This document shows positions 49,551 through 62,980 of a DNA stretch of 64,000 nucleotides, piece after piece. Under the pieces are notes generated by a model. That model searched no databases and was not told the origin of the DNA. It was given only the letters and a program-made list of their open reading frames with translations. Numbering within the stretch: the first letter of the stretch is position 1; every line of letters starts with the position of its first letter. Source of the stretch: Tubiluchus corallicola. Its lineage: Eukaryota > Animalia > Priapulida. Made by a program: the position numbers and the translations under genes. The DNA lies in NCBI GenBank assembly GCA_030141605.1, contig JAQGDQ010000006.1, forward strand, positions 1,637,067-1,701,066, given 5' to 3'.

Positions 49551-49923
49551 CAGAACTGGGATGATTCACTTAACCGGTTAATTTTTTATCGGTTAACCGA
49601 TTAATCGGATCTAGGCAAAATCGGAGACCTTCTATAATTTGCTGACTGGATCAGTGGATAATCAAATAAACAAGAAATTTACAATGCAAACATATATCAG
49701 GAATATGTTCAAATAAGAGTGAAACTTTTATACATAGGAAGTGAAAAGTGTGTTTGTAAGGATGCCAAGCATTGTTTAACTAAGTGCAACACTTTCCTAC
49801 ATAGAAATGAAAAGTCTCTACAGTAAGGATGTGGTTAAGGTTCAAATTATTTATCATTTATATATAAAGATCGGTCAACCGGTTAAAAAAATTTACCGAT
49901 TAATTTCCATTAACCCAGCACTG
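49551..49923. mobile_element. hAT-family MITE, 373 bp
   Basis: TIR CAGAACTGGG / CCCAGCACTG; perfect 8-bp TSD CACTGATG; subterminal AACCGGTT/AACCGA motifs. Confidence 0.88.
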
Positions 49924-52032
49924 CACTGATGTCTGAAGTCCAACAAAATCAAATGGGGATGTACTTTAGTTAAACAATGTCGTTTTGTGAAAGTACGTTG
50001 TCAGTGGGAATTGTCCATGTGATAAGGCTAATACTAGTCAGTTCGAAGCCTTGATTCAGTCTCAATGACTCTTGATCATTTATATATCATGCACTCAATT
50101 ATAGCTTACATAATTCAGGTTATACTAGCACTTTTTACCATATGTCAATATGCTAACTTTGCACTACTGACAAAAACTAGTTTAAAGCTAAAAATTTAAA
50201 TCTTAGCATTCATTGGAATATGCTTATCTCTTATCAGTACCCTGAGACATTCATAGTGTCTATACTGTAGTTTGTTAAATCATTCATAATCTAGAAAGCT
50301 ATTACAGTAAGAACATTAATTCTGTTTTGATAGGAAAATAAAATTCTGCAAAAGACTGTGATGAATCTAGTTCATTTAAATGAATCTCAAACGTATATAA
50401 TGCCTATATGAACTATGCGTTTTTATTTATGTTTTAGAATAGTGTATGTATTGTAACTTGAATGTAGTATGTAGCTTAGAAGTATGTGTCACTTCACATT
50501 ATTTACAATTCCGTCCATTGCAATATGCCTGTTCAGCACACTATTTTTAAATAGGAAGCAATGCTGATGATATTATCCAGTAAGTTGAATATGTTACTTG
50601 TTATTAGATAGTTGCATAAACTGTGGAAAGCTAAAAAATCACTTCAAATAAAATGAAGTCCCAAGTGCATTTGAATAAATTATGTGCATTATAAATTATT
50701 ATTATTACTAACATAAATAAAATTGCATTCCTAATGCAGGTTGTGTGGAATACATTGTGCCTTATTTATATTGTGATTTACTTTCTGCTATAGTTTGCTC
50801 ATGGTGTTACACTTTTTTCTATTTCTGTACTAATATTTTGCACTTTATTGAGCAGTTGCAACAAAGCCCGACTTTATGTATTAAGGTTGTTATCATAATA
50901 TGCAGTTTAATAATGCACGTTACCTTATTATCAGTTTAATAATGCACGTTTATGACAATAATTGTAACACATTAACTTTTATATGCAATAGAAGTATGGG
51001 GCAGACATAAAAATACCAAAATTGAAGTGAAATCAGATGTTCCAAACTTACTGTTAGGCCCTACATGACATATAGTTTGTATTATTGTTGAAAATGCAGT
51101 GCTTGTAAGAGTGAGTTTCCAAATGTTTCACAGTCATTCTCACTAGTAATTACAACCTTTTATTGGGTATAGTCTATTGTTTTTGTGCAATGAGGTGGCT
51201 GTTACATAATATTATTTTCTTTACATGCATTTGTTCAAATAGTTACTTTTACACTGTTTTTGAATTTGTCGGGGAAGCTGTGTAGCAAATGAGCATTGAG
51301 GGACCAACACTATTTGTGAGACAGTCTGCCTTACCTATTTTTGGATCATTCCACTTTATGCTAGATAATGGTTTGTTCATTCACCAATTTAACTTTTGTG
51401 TGAATAAATTTTTGCAATTTGCGCACAAATTTTGATTTTGATTTGACTTAATTCATTCCAGGTAACTTTTTCCAAATCGTAGTGTTTCAGAAACCACTAG
51501 TTTTGTTGGGTAAAGCGGGCCTATTTCTTATTCTATTTGATAACCCTAACCTTTAACTTCATCAAATTAAAGTTTGGTGTTTGATTATAAATATTAGGTT
51601 CTGTTATCGAGTCTCCAATACAAACAATACCCCTGTCAGGTATTAATGTGTGATTAATTTAAAATCTGTAGCTCTACTCCATGCAATTAAATAAAACTAA
51701 AATTTAAATGGTCTTTAACTCTATATACACTAAGATCAGTAGTTTAACGATTAATATAAAGTGTGATAGTCTCAGTACATAGCAAATTTTTTCACTGGAA
51801 TTTTATTTTTTCACAATCCAAAGCAAAAATTTGCAGTAACCGATTTAATAAAATGAGTAAATTCAATACTCGTGTAAAAATAAATTTTTGCATAATTTCA
51901 ACAGGTGTTAATCTATCTACATCACAATTAAATATCAAATTTGCTATAAAAATAAATTTCAGGAATCTACAGCATGTATGATAGGTCATCATCCCACTTT
52001 AAAACATCACACCCCACTCAAGTATCCATTCC

Positions 52033-52534
52033 AAATCTAAAACCAATTCGTATTTGACTAAAACACCATTAGTTTGAAAACTGATCTAATTGTTGATATG
52101 AGCAAACCTTTGGTTCCCAACTGGAATGCAAAATGTGCCATAATTGAACATACGGTAATGTCCAACCCCCTTTTGCTGCTTATTTAAGAACGATTTGTCT
52201 TATTAATAGTGAAGTTACTACACAAAATCAAGTAAAAAATAGCAATAAAAGAAAAGATGCTTAAAAAACAGGCAATGATATGTTAAACGTCTAGTAATCA
52301 GTTTCTTATAACACTAAATCTAAAACCATTTGGTATTTAACTAAAACATTAGTATGAATGCTAATTGTTGATATGAGCAAAGCTTTCGTTTCCAACTGGC
52401 ATGCAAGATGTGTTGTACAATAACTGAACACGGTAATCTCGATTCCTTTTAACAAAAATGAAGTTCAATACAATCAAGTAAAAAGTAGCAAACAAAACAA
52501 AAAGCATTAAAAAACAGGGAATGGTGTGTCAAAC
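52033..52534. repeat. Diverged tandem duplication (about 220-255 bp) downstream of the PBLD stop codon
   Basis: Copies at 52033-52288 and 52316-52534 share AAATCTAAAACCA...CTAATTGTTGATATGAGCAAA...AATCAAGTAAAAA...AAAAAACAGG. Confidence 0.85.
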
Positions 52535-52682
52535 ACAGTAAATAGTAAATTATCGAGCTAGCATTCTTAAAGCAAAAGACGTAAATCGGTTTGTTTATAG
52601 TGAACAGAACCTTGCACATGTCTGTCTTTGAGTACCATACATCAACTTTCTTTCTGAAGAACAGAAGTAAATCGTCTCAAGT

Positions 52683-53694
52683 CTAGATACCAGGCACATT
52701 CATCCTGCCTTCCACGACTATAACTGCTTGTCCTGACACAGCCACCCTCCCATCTCCTTTCACATCTATTGCCAAGTCTCCGCCACGTTTTGAACACTGG
52801 CGAGCTGAAAAAAAAACAAGCTGGTGTTAAATACTACGATTCTTTATTCGTCTGATAACCTGACAATTCTAGTTTCCCAACTTTGCTTGAATGACTGTTG
52901 TTGCTGGTCATTGCTATTTACTTAGCTAATTACGGTTGCTAATTTTCCAATTTTTGCAAAGTTAGTAGAATGTTTTTGACTGACAATAATGCAAAAATGA
53001 TAAGTCTGTTGCACTAAAATCGCATAAAACGAAAAAATTATTTGAGTAATTTGTATATGACTTGAGATGTTAACTGAATGCTATTGAACTCTAAAAGGAC
53101 ATCAACAATCACAAATATAAGTGTGCCCATGCAAGTCTTGTTTGCTAAATGGTATACACACAACATGCCATCTGCATTAAATACACAAAGTGCTATTAAA
53201 TCCAAATAAGAAGTTGTTAGTTTGACTGCTGGTAGGTTTTTCTTTTAGGCGGTGAATGTCAGATACAAGTTTACAACAAAGCACAAAAACCTGTGAAAAT
53301 ATCTGATAATTTAAAAAACTGATTTTAAAATTAGTTATAAAATGATAACATTGTCGCACGAAAGTAGAAGTAAGTCTACTTAGAAATATGAGTTTTTTTT
53401 ACTAAATTATGGATGTTTCGATATCCCACAATAAGGGAATTAATTAGAAAACTAAGCTAGTTAACAGTCTAATTTAATAATCTAATAGATACACTACTAT
53501 GTTCACGTGCTAACCATTAATGAAAGATTTTATTCCTATAACTAAGTACAGTTCTATGTATACTATAGTAACTAAGTATAGTAACTGGATGATGCTCGAA
53601 AATAAGAAATTCTGTGATGACGAAATTTACCTGCATAATAGGAGAAATGAGTTCTAATATTTTAAAGTATGGGGTTAGTGCTATACTCATATAT

Positions 53695-53726
<32 letters not shown>

Positions 53727-56700
53727 CACAGATATGACTAAAAGCCAGTCTAAATAAATACTATAGTTATGTTAACACACAATATTTACACAATAACATT
53801 TTCACTGGTATCTCCCAATCAAAAAATAAGCTTAGCTTCATAAAGTGGCACTGAATACATGGAATCCTCAACACTGAATCAGACAGCCGTTTCATAAGAA
53901 AACGTTTTCTATTTTCATATGTAACTGCATCATGCTATCATTCCGATATTATGTGCTTTGTACAGTCATGACAACATAAGTATTCACAATACTTTAAGTA
54001 CCACGCAAATGTTGCTTATCAAGGCATTTCGACCAATAAGGTGCCAACACAGTGTGTGCAGAACCAGTCACTGGATCCTCCGGAATCCCGTTCCAAGGTG
54101 TAAAGAAGCGTGAAAAGAAGTCATAACCATCATCGCTGTCATCTCCTTGAAGTGAAATAATTACGCCACGTATCACGCCAGTCGAGTCTGATGCCACCAT
54201 CTTATCAATCTGAGGATTTAGCGACTCCAGATCATTTCTAAATAAATAAACATATTTTTCAGACAGGAATACAAAAAAACTCACGCAAAATTTTATTTAT
54301 ACCCTGCTTGCAATCAGCAAGCGACGATGTACAGCCACTGGTATCAGTTAATTTTAAAACAACAATAGCGACAACCGACTAACACAGAAATCTTTGACAA
54401 GGATGATAAATCTTTTATTCAACAAATTGTAATACAATAATACACAAAGAGTGCCTCTTTTTGCAGGCAGACGTTTAATAAAGTTTACAGCATAATACAG
54501 TGAAATCTTATTTGTTAGCACATTAAAAATAAATAACAATCCATATTAAACTAACTTCATTATGGGTCCAACATATTTTATATTACATCGCTTCCCATAG
54601 CCTCATAGAAGCATTATTTCCCAACTGAAAACAAAGTGGGCTATTCCTTTACCTTACTACACGACAAATCTTCATCTTGAGAATAACACAATTTAACAGT
54701 TTAATCATTTTGTTATTCGAGCAACACAATAAATTGCTATTATAGAGATCTGCAGTTTCTCGAAATAAAAGCATCTTTAATTAAACAAATGAAAGCATCA
54801 AAAATTATTGTCTCTTTTACATACAACACAATTGAACACAGTTCTTTATCTCCAATAAAGTACCACTACAAATGTGTAGTAAATGGCAAATTTAACATCA
54901 AAATCTGTCGTTTGAAACTAAGGACAAGCACAATCGCTCGCCCACTAATGATAACTCTCTTAACAATAAAGATTCTCTATTATTATACTGTTCAGAACGT
55001 TCAGAGCAAAGTTGCCCCACATTTTACAAATAGTGCACCTCTACTATATTTAGAAACACAAAAGTTTTACTTACATGTATCGAGTGATTAGCCCCAAAGA
55101 CTACTTGCAAGTAATTTGAAATAGAAGGGCTACATAATAAGCCAAAAAATATTAATGTCTAACAGCAGTATAAATGAACGACTAATTTTCAAGCTTTTTT
55201 TACATCTAGTCCTTTAATTCAAGCCACCTAGCCCATCATGTCAAAAATTTTACATCATTACATCGAAATTTTTACCGCTACACTGAAAATAATGAATCAT
55301 GTGTAGATTTTTTTATTATTTGATTGGAATGGCCCCAACACCTGGGTACAGAAAAACCTACTTTTTTGTGACTAATTAACAGGATTAGCTTCTAATGATG
55401 TAATCCCTAGAAAAGAGCTGAAAAACTCCTGGAACACCCCAAATTAACTAGTCAACTAACAGGAGCATCTAGATGCCGTAACAGCTTAGAAATGACTACC
55501 CATCGTGCAAATGTGTTATAAGCATAGAATTCCTGACATCACAGAATATGGCAGTGACTCATATTTCTGCAACTAAAGGTAACAAATCCAATGTGCTATA
55601 CTCCCAAGTCTTACAGTATACTATATGTGATCCTTTCAACATTGAACCGTACCAATGGTAAATATAATGATCTTACGAGAACAAAAGAGTACATACAGTA
55701 CCTTGTCAAGTTACTATCGAGAACTATCAGTAGTTTCTTGGTCGTTGGTGAATACTGCACATCTTTTACAGGCAGATTGCCTACACAAACCTGCAAGATT
55801 AAAATTAACTTTCACTTGGCATCAGTAAATTCAAATAAAAACACAAAGTGAAATTGTCGAAATTCTACTATTGAATTCATTTTATTGTTTAAAGTGGTAG
55901 CAGTTATTTTTTAAATTACCTTTACTGTGTGTGAGATGGGAAATTATAATGACAATTACTCCTTCTTTTTTCTTACAATAAGATCTTAGCCTGTGACATT
56001 AAATAAATATATGCAGTTAATTACAGCGATACTATGTACAGTGAATAGTGATTGTATTTTCTTCATTTACAGTCATACTAAACCTCGCTATAACATAAGG
56101 TTTTACAGCTTAAAATCCTACCCCATTTACGAATATTCAATTTACTTTATTATAAACTTACTGTAAAACTTGTTTCTTTTGATTTTTTATTAAATGGCTG
56201 TTAGCGGTATTAAATTCGAAGAACCGCCATTTTTGTTGCGTGAGACGAATGGCGTTATGAGTAAAGTCACAAAGTCACCAAAGATTGGCAAACAAACATC
56301 GGTAACCGAAGACGCTTTCTGTACCTCGTATGTCATTTTAGCTCACTGGTGCCAAACAAGCGAAACACTGCAATTTTTACGGTAATGCACGCGTTCGAAA
56401 TTTGCAAGAAAAAGGTAACTTATTTAATTTATCTCTTTTTTGTTTAATAACAACTATGAATACTTTATGTAATCATAATAATGTGTTAAGGAAACTTCAG
56501 TGTCTGTTGGGGTTATACAGGCCTTTAAAAAATTGAAATGTTTGATACTTAGGCCCTTATACAAGTCAACTAAAGTTTCAAAGTTGTGGAACTACGAACA
56601 ACGAATGTAGCATTAGCACAAATTATGCAAATTTAAGTTAAAAATCTTGAAAAATCAACATGCTGTGTTTGTTTTCCAATTCAGTAAACTAATCGCAAAC

Positions 56701-59700
56701 AATCGGTACATCTTTGTACTGCATGCATATTAAATGAGCACATTCAATACTCAAAATAAATAACTTTGATTAATACTGTTTTTACCTTCAGCAAATCAAC
56801 AATGGATGACTTATCAAATGGCTGTGGTGGATTGGATGGAAGATCCATTAACAAATATCCATTCTCTTTCTTCTGCACAGTTAAAGGTCCACTCTTTGTT
56901 TCAAAAGTAAGTGAAGGGGATGTATTACCTATTTATAAAAAAATATTTAAAAACTGAACAATGTGATGTGCACCAGCTATATTCTTGAGGTGTTACTTTT
57001 GAGATTTCAGTATAAATGGATATAAACATATTGTGTAATTATGAAGATGACGATGATGATGGTGATGATGATGAGATGATAACGATGATGGTGCCAACAG
57101 TTAAAAGGGCAATCACTTAGACACTGATGTTACCTGTTTCTATCAAATAAGGTGGTACAACACAGCACATGTATCACAATCTACTGAAATATTGATGAAC
57201 TTACAGAAGCTGACATATATTTAGCATTACCAATTGAGAAATATAATACAGCAGCAGTAGCCAGAGTTGCATGGCCACAGAGAGGAACTTCATTAGTAGG
57301 AGTAAACCAGCGCAATCCAAAATGGCTGCCATGCTGAAAATCATTGCTTCCAGGTTGACTTAACAATTTTACAAATGCAGTTTCCGATATGTTCATTTCG
57401 CTTGCAATACTTTGCATCACCTCTTCTGATAAGTCATCGTGAGCCTAGAAACGACATATACACAAATAAAAACAAACAAATAGCAAGGAATCTATTTATG
57501 ATCTACTATCCGATAATTTTTTTATTGCCTTTGTTTCTTTTTTTATTGGGTAGCCAGACTATAACAATTTCAGTAGTAATTATAGGGTCAGGTAAAATTT
57601 CTTGTTATTGTAAGAGTGCTTTGTCACTGCAATAATTACGTCCACTGTGTAAGACTGTAAGGTGTCCAAAGTTGATTTGAGGATTGGCTGTTTGGAAGGT
57701 CAGCACTCCGCTCAGTCCTTTTCACTATTAATAATTATTTCATGATTACTGATTAATGATACTGAATAAGAGGGTCGCACTCTAGTTAAAATTTTCAGAT
57801 AATGCAAAGTTGTACAATCCAATTAACTCTGCAGCGGATTCCCTAATTTTACAGAATGACATTCAGTAATGGAGTAGGTTAAGTAATGACTGACAATGTT
57901 ATTTAATGTTGATAAACGTGAGGAAATGCATTGGGGTTTACAGAATCTTAAAAGAAATTACATCATGAATGGAAGCAGAATAACTCTTCATAGTACAGAT
58001 AGTAAAAGCAATATTGGTGCGATAATAACATTAAACTTGAAATTTTCCCAGCAATGTATTGTCGCTGTCAAAAAAGCAAATAAGAATTTGGGGACGTTTC
58101 TAGAAAGAAAGAAATTCTTTTGAAATCACACATTGCTTTGGTTAGGCTTCATTAAAATTAGAATGTTAATTTTTTTCCCTTTTGGTAAAAAATAATAGTA
58201 TAATATAACTGTAATGATTAAAATAAAATGTTAATATAACATTATAATTAATTATTGGTTGCTATGTATGGGTAAAGGGGTGACAAATGAACATAAGTTT
58301 ATTAGACCACGGAAATGGAATAAATTTGATTGTTCCATTCTATAAACAAACCTTATATATAACCCCCGATAATATCTTTTAATCATAATTACATATCAAT
58401 ATAATATTGATATTCTTAAATAGTGATATTTGTGCTATTTTTCTGGTTTTAATCATGATTAAAAGATATTAGAATAATAAAAGATTATAAAATACTGACC
58501 AAGAAAGAAAACATTTTGCATAAATGTAGATGACAATAAAACTTTTTAAAAAGCGGTAACATTTTGACATTTGTAAATTTTCATTTCTGTGATAGCAAAA
58601 TAAATGGAATGGTAATTTGTCTACCATGGTGACTGCCACACCAAGCCTAGTAAAGTTTAAATTTTTAAATGAAGATTATTTTGTGGAAAAATACGGGGTT
58701 TCTAGAAGTGTGCCTGCTTAACTCCTAATCATTACAGCACAACATGCTGCAAAAGGGATGATAACATTAATAATAAAATTAACAGCACGATGAATGACAA
58801 ACTTCCTTACTTGCGAAGTCTAAGACCTAGCCATAACACAGTTATTGACGGTCGCTCCTCAACAATTTCCGAAATTGAGGTGTCAACTGTTTCATTATTA
58901 AAGTAAATACCCAGACATTTTTTATCAATATGAAAATCAACAACTTAAGCAGAAAACGAAATATTGTAATCAAATTCCAGCATTTTTATCCATGGCAGTC
59001 AGGTGAATTAATTAATGAAACGTGTTAAATCTCATTTTAAACGTGTTGAACACTTGCGGTACAGTTTCTACACTCTCCATGCTTCACCTGCGTGTGGTGA
59101 ATAACGTTGTGGCAGGATGAGGGCGGTCATCCGAAAAGTATTATTGTATGCCGGTACAGGTCTGCATTTACTGGCTGGCGAACTGCCGCGTGTTAAACTG
59201 TTGAAAGTACAGCAGTTTATTTTCATGTTGTGTAACTTTTTCGTATGTTATACGTGTGCAAATACCCAGAATTTGTGTAGCAGAGGATGTAGTAAAGCAA
59301 CAAGCGATGATGACAGTCTTTTTAAGTCTACTGCCATGACGTCATCAGTGCATAGCCGCCCGAGCGCTGAATTGCGTGTATAAAGCAATTGGCATAAGTA
59401 AAATCGAGCAATTATTTATCTAATTACTTAATTATTTTCGAAAAGCGATAAGAATATCATTTCAACACATCATCCTTAAACTTTTGCTAAAAATTGCTGA
59501 TGAGGCTGGGCTTTTACTTTAAGTGAATTCCAAGGGCCCACAACACGAGAAGCGAAGAAATGGGCTCTCATGTTAGTGCGAGAGCATTGTACAAATAATT
59601 TAGAATTGTCCATGTGAATCATGCAGTGGTCTAGAAAAAAATTTGTTGCTACACAAATTGGAACTATCACTAATGACTTTTTAACAGGTAATAAGATCTA

Positions 59701-60442
59701 TAGTATCACGGCGTTGTTCAAGCAAAGATACAAAGTCAGGTTGAATATCAGAGGCCAGAGTAATACACCTCCATTCAGTTCTTTCTAAAGCATTTTTAAA
59801 GGTGACATAAGGTGAGTGACATTGTCATACCATTGCTCAATTTCAGACAAGTCTGCTTGTAAGATCTCTTGATCAGAGGAATTTCTAATTGGACGGTAAG
59901 GCTTTATATCATCAAAAACAGCGGTATACGTGTGTCAGGGGATACACAATCAGTAACATCATTGACAAAAATAAGAAAACAATTGGGTCCTGACAAAGTC
60001 CCTTGAGGAATGCCACTGGTTATATTTCTCCAGAAAGTGGTTACACCATTTAAACCCATTCTTCGCTGTTTGTGTGTTAGAAAATATTGAAACCATTGGA
60101 GTAGTTTCCCTCTTATACCTGCAAATTCCATTTTTAACACGAGACGACGAAGAGGAACAAAATCAAATGCTTTTCTAAAATCAATATATAGAATATCAAT
60201 TGATGGGAGAGAAGGTGCATCAAAGAATTGCGACCAGTCATTTAGGCATTCAAGACTTGTTACAGTGGAACGTTGTGGTAATCAGCCATGACAAATCTAT
60301 CCATGTTCAAAATAATGGGGGTAGCTGCAAAGGTGAGTGAGTTATTATTATTGACCTTGTTTTCCTTATTCAGGCAAACTGCTGCAGGATTTCCAGAAAA
60401 TGGGTAACTTGTAAATGCATCGACGGTAAATAACGACAACAT
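52683..60442 (-). CDS. PBLD: Phenazine biosynthesis-like domain protein (PhzF / DAP-epimerase fold), about 296 aa, 6 exons
   Basis: Exons 60442-60356, 57444-57231, 56928-56786, 55790-55702, 54237-54002, 52804-52683; 891 nt, phases consistent. Motifs VDAFT..PFSGNPAAV, EMNISETAF, LRWFTPTNEVPLCGHATLA, FFSRFFTPWNGIPEDPVTGSAH, QCSKRGG. Confidence 0.96.
57700..58150 (+). mobile_element. CR1-type LINE RT fragment in PBLD intron 1
   Basis: Degenerate FSDNAKLY...LQND...MLFNVDK..MHWG...LKFSQQC..AVKKANKNLG. Confidence 0.8.
59470..60262 (-). mobile_element. CR1-type LINE RT remnant with an internal deletion, PBLD intron 1
   Basis: YIDFRKAFD...GIRGKLLQW...SGIPQGTLSGP..FLIFVND...LQADL, joined to HFFASRVVGPWNSL. 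Confidence 0.9.
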
Positions 60443-60923
60443 TCTCAACTTAATTAAGGAAAAGCTACGTGAAATAAACATTAGCACAAAAACAACGTAT
60501 GAAAGGCGCAGACATTTTGTAATTGGCTTCTTGTACAGTGCTGCCGCAAAGAAAAATGCGGAGAAAACCAAAAATGCGCAGTGCATCAACCAGGAGCGGG
60601 GAGAATGTAGATTAGCCGTGTTAGGTGTTAGTTTTATCGTTATTCGTGTTACAAGTTGGTCAGATTTTATCAATTCGATGACTTTAGGTAACTTAAATTA
60701 TCCTACTCGCTGTGATTTACTGCACCAAGTGTGATTCTAGAAAGCACTTGTAAAACAGTAAGTCGATTCTTTAAGTGACGCTGTTGTTATCTCAGTTGGA
60801 CAGATGCGCCATTTTCATCTTCATTTTAGTGTAACTGATTACTGAACCGTGAAATTTTAGGGATTTGTATAATTGGCGGCATATGAAACCCAACCATCGA
60901 GAAGGCAGGTGACTTTCACGAAC

Positions 60924-62016
60924 ATGGCGAACATAAGTGACAAGTTGCCATGTGCGGAAAGGATAGTAAAAAGTAAGTATAATTATTAATGTTTTTTCGA
61001 TTTGCAGTTGAATGTACAGTTGTACCTCGTACGCTGCACGTAGCTACATGCTGTAGAAATGTATATATTTATTTAGCTGAGACGGGTTTATTTATATTAG
61101 GCACAGCTAAGCATAACACTTCGAGTTTTTCAATTTAAGATTGTGATTGCTAAATAAAATGTGAACTTTGGTGAGTTAAAGCGTAAACCAATTTTTGCTA
61201 TATCAAAGTTCACAGTTATAGTAAACTAAAGTGAAACAAGTTGGAGACAGCTGCCTTTTTATATATAGGAATTTCTGGTATTCATTTTTCATTGAATAAA
61301 GAAAATTTAAATTAATGCCCAAAAGAATGGATGATTTAAAATGTCTGTAGTCACATCATATTGTCCACTAATTAAGTGCTTGAATTTTTTATCTAATAAT
61401 GACCGGTTAACCTTAGCTATTTTAGGCCTAGACGTCAAAGCAAAATTAAGTCCAAGTAAAAAAAGTAAAAAAGAAACATTCTTTCTTAAAAATAATAATG
61501 TTAGATGTTATAAGTGGAGGAATGGATGTTAAGAAGTATTAAGTTAAAGAGTTAGAGAGATATTTTAGTAGATTGAACATTGTCATTGTTCTTTATACAT
61601 GTGAATGAACGTTACCCTGGATACATCTGCATACTGATTTCTTGTAAATTATGCATTAGCAGTGCTGCATCATAGTGCATATAGCCGCAGTGGTTACTGT
61701 TTAGCAGGATAGCTGCATTGATGATTGCAAATTTATGCAGGCAAACCTTTCTTGTGTTAAAAAAACTGCTTTGGTCATGTCACATTGTGAAACATCATGA
61801 AAGATGTTTGTAAAAAAATGTGGTTGCAAAAAGTTGCAAAATAAACCATAGACTGAGGCTAGCCCCTCAATGTATGTTTCCAATGGATGTATCCTAAATA
61901 TGCATCCTCTTTTCAGTACTCGTGTTGTTGTTGGTTTTTTCTTTTTCTTCGTAGGCGCTGTACATGAAAAAAGGCTTAGGCTTCGACTCTTAAAAGCAGA
62001 TCCAATAAATTGTTTG
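60924..62016 (+). CDS. Possible 5' coding exons of an unidentified gene divergent from PBLD (partial)
   Basis: AACATGGCG start context; MANISDKLPCAERIVK then A|gtaagt at 60973. Pyrimidine-tract acceptor at 61954 gives in-frame SAVHEKRLRLRLLKADPINCL. No recognisable family. Confidence 0.35.
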
Positions 62017-62871
62017 GTTTGGGTTGATACTAGAGAATATCATGAATAGACTAATAAAGTTGGATTTGTCGTATATGACATGTCTAAGATGGTGATGTTG
62101 ATGTCATGTTCACAGAAAGCTATTTGAGGTTGTACTATACCTAAACTAATGTAGCGAAATTTTTCAGAGTGAATCCATAGTTCTTCTATGAGTGCTATAA
62201 TGACGGTTATAATTAATGATCAATGTTAGTCAAAGTGTAGCTATCATCAAGCCTCTTGTCTGGAAGAAAGTTCTTAAAGGTTCTCAAAGCTTACTAGCTT
62301 CGCAAAATCTTATTTTGGTACTAGGCATTATAATACATGTTTAAAACTATTAGCTACAAGTTTTGTGCATGCCCTAAGTATTTTTAAGTGAGTAGTCATA
62401 AAACTTTAAATTGGCAATAGCAATAAGTGTTTGAAAAAGTTTTGTATTAAAGTAGCAGTTTTGTTAGTTGCAGTGTTAATGGTAGAGGCAGTAGCAAATA
62501 GCAATAGCAGTAATAATAAGAAGGCTAAACTCCGCAAAAAAGTTAGCGCATAACCCACGATGACAAACTACACCACACCCACCACACCACGCCACCCACA
62601 CCCACTACATCATACCGTACCCCCCATGTCACACCCGCAAAACCGTCACTTTAACACGTTACTATACTAATACTAATACTATACTACTATACAAATACTC
62701 TACTATACTATTTACTATCTATTGTGTGTTTCCTGTAGGCAGTACAGCCATAGCCATTAGCCAATGTTTGTGTCCATCTCTGTGAATGGTCTATTCCATG
62801 TCATTCAACTGCTTTTCCTAGCTTCACATAGTTATCCCAATTTGCCTGAAGCCTTGTTTTTTATTATATGC

Positions 62872-62891
62872 ATATATATATATATATGCTT

Positions 62892-62935
<44 letters not shown>

Positions 62936-62980
62936 TATACTATATACTATATATATATATGCTTGACTATATATATATAT
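62872..62980. repeat. (TA)n compound microsatellite
   Basis: Directly visible. Confidence 0.93.

Noticed and set aside
52683-60442. PBLD as a horizontally acquired phenazine-biosynthesis gene or biosynthetic cluster
   Set aside because: PBLD is widespread in animals; this copy has five introns and aligns end to end with the human protein as I recall it; no other phz genes are nearby.
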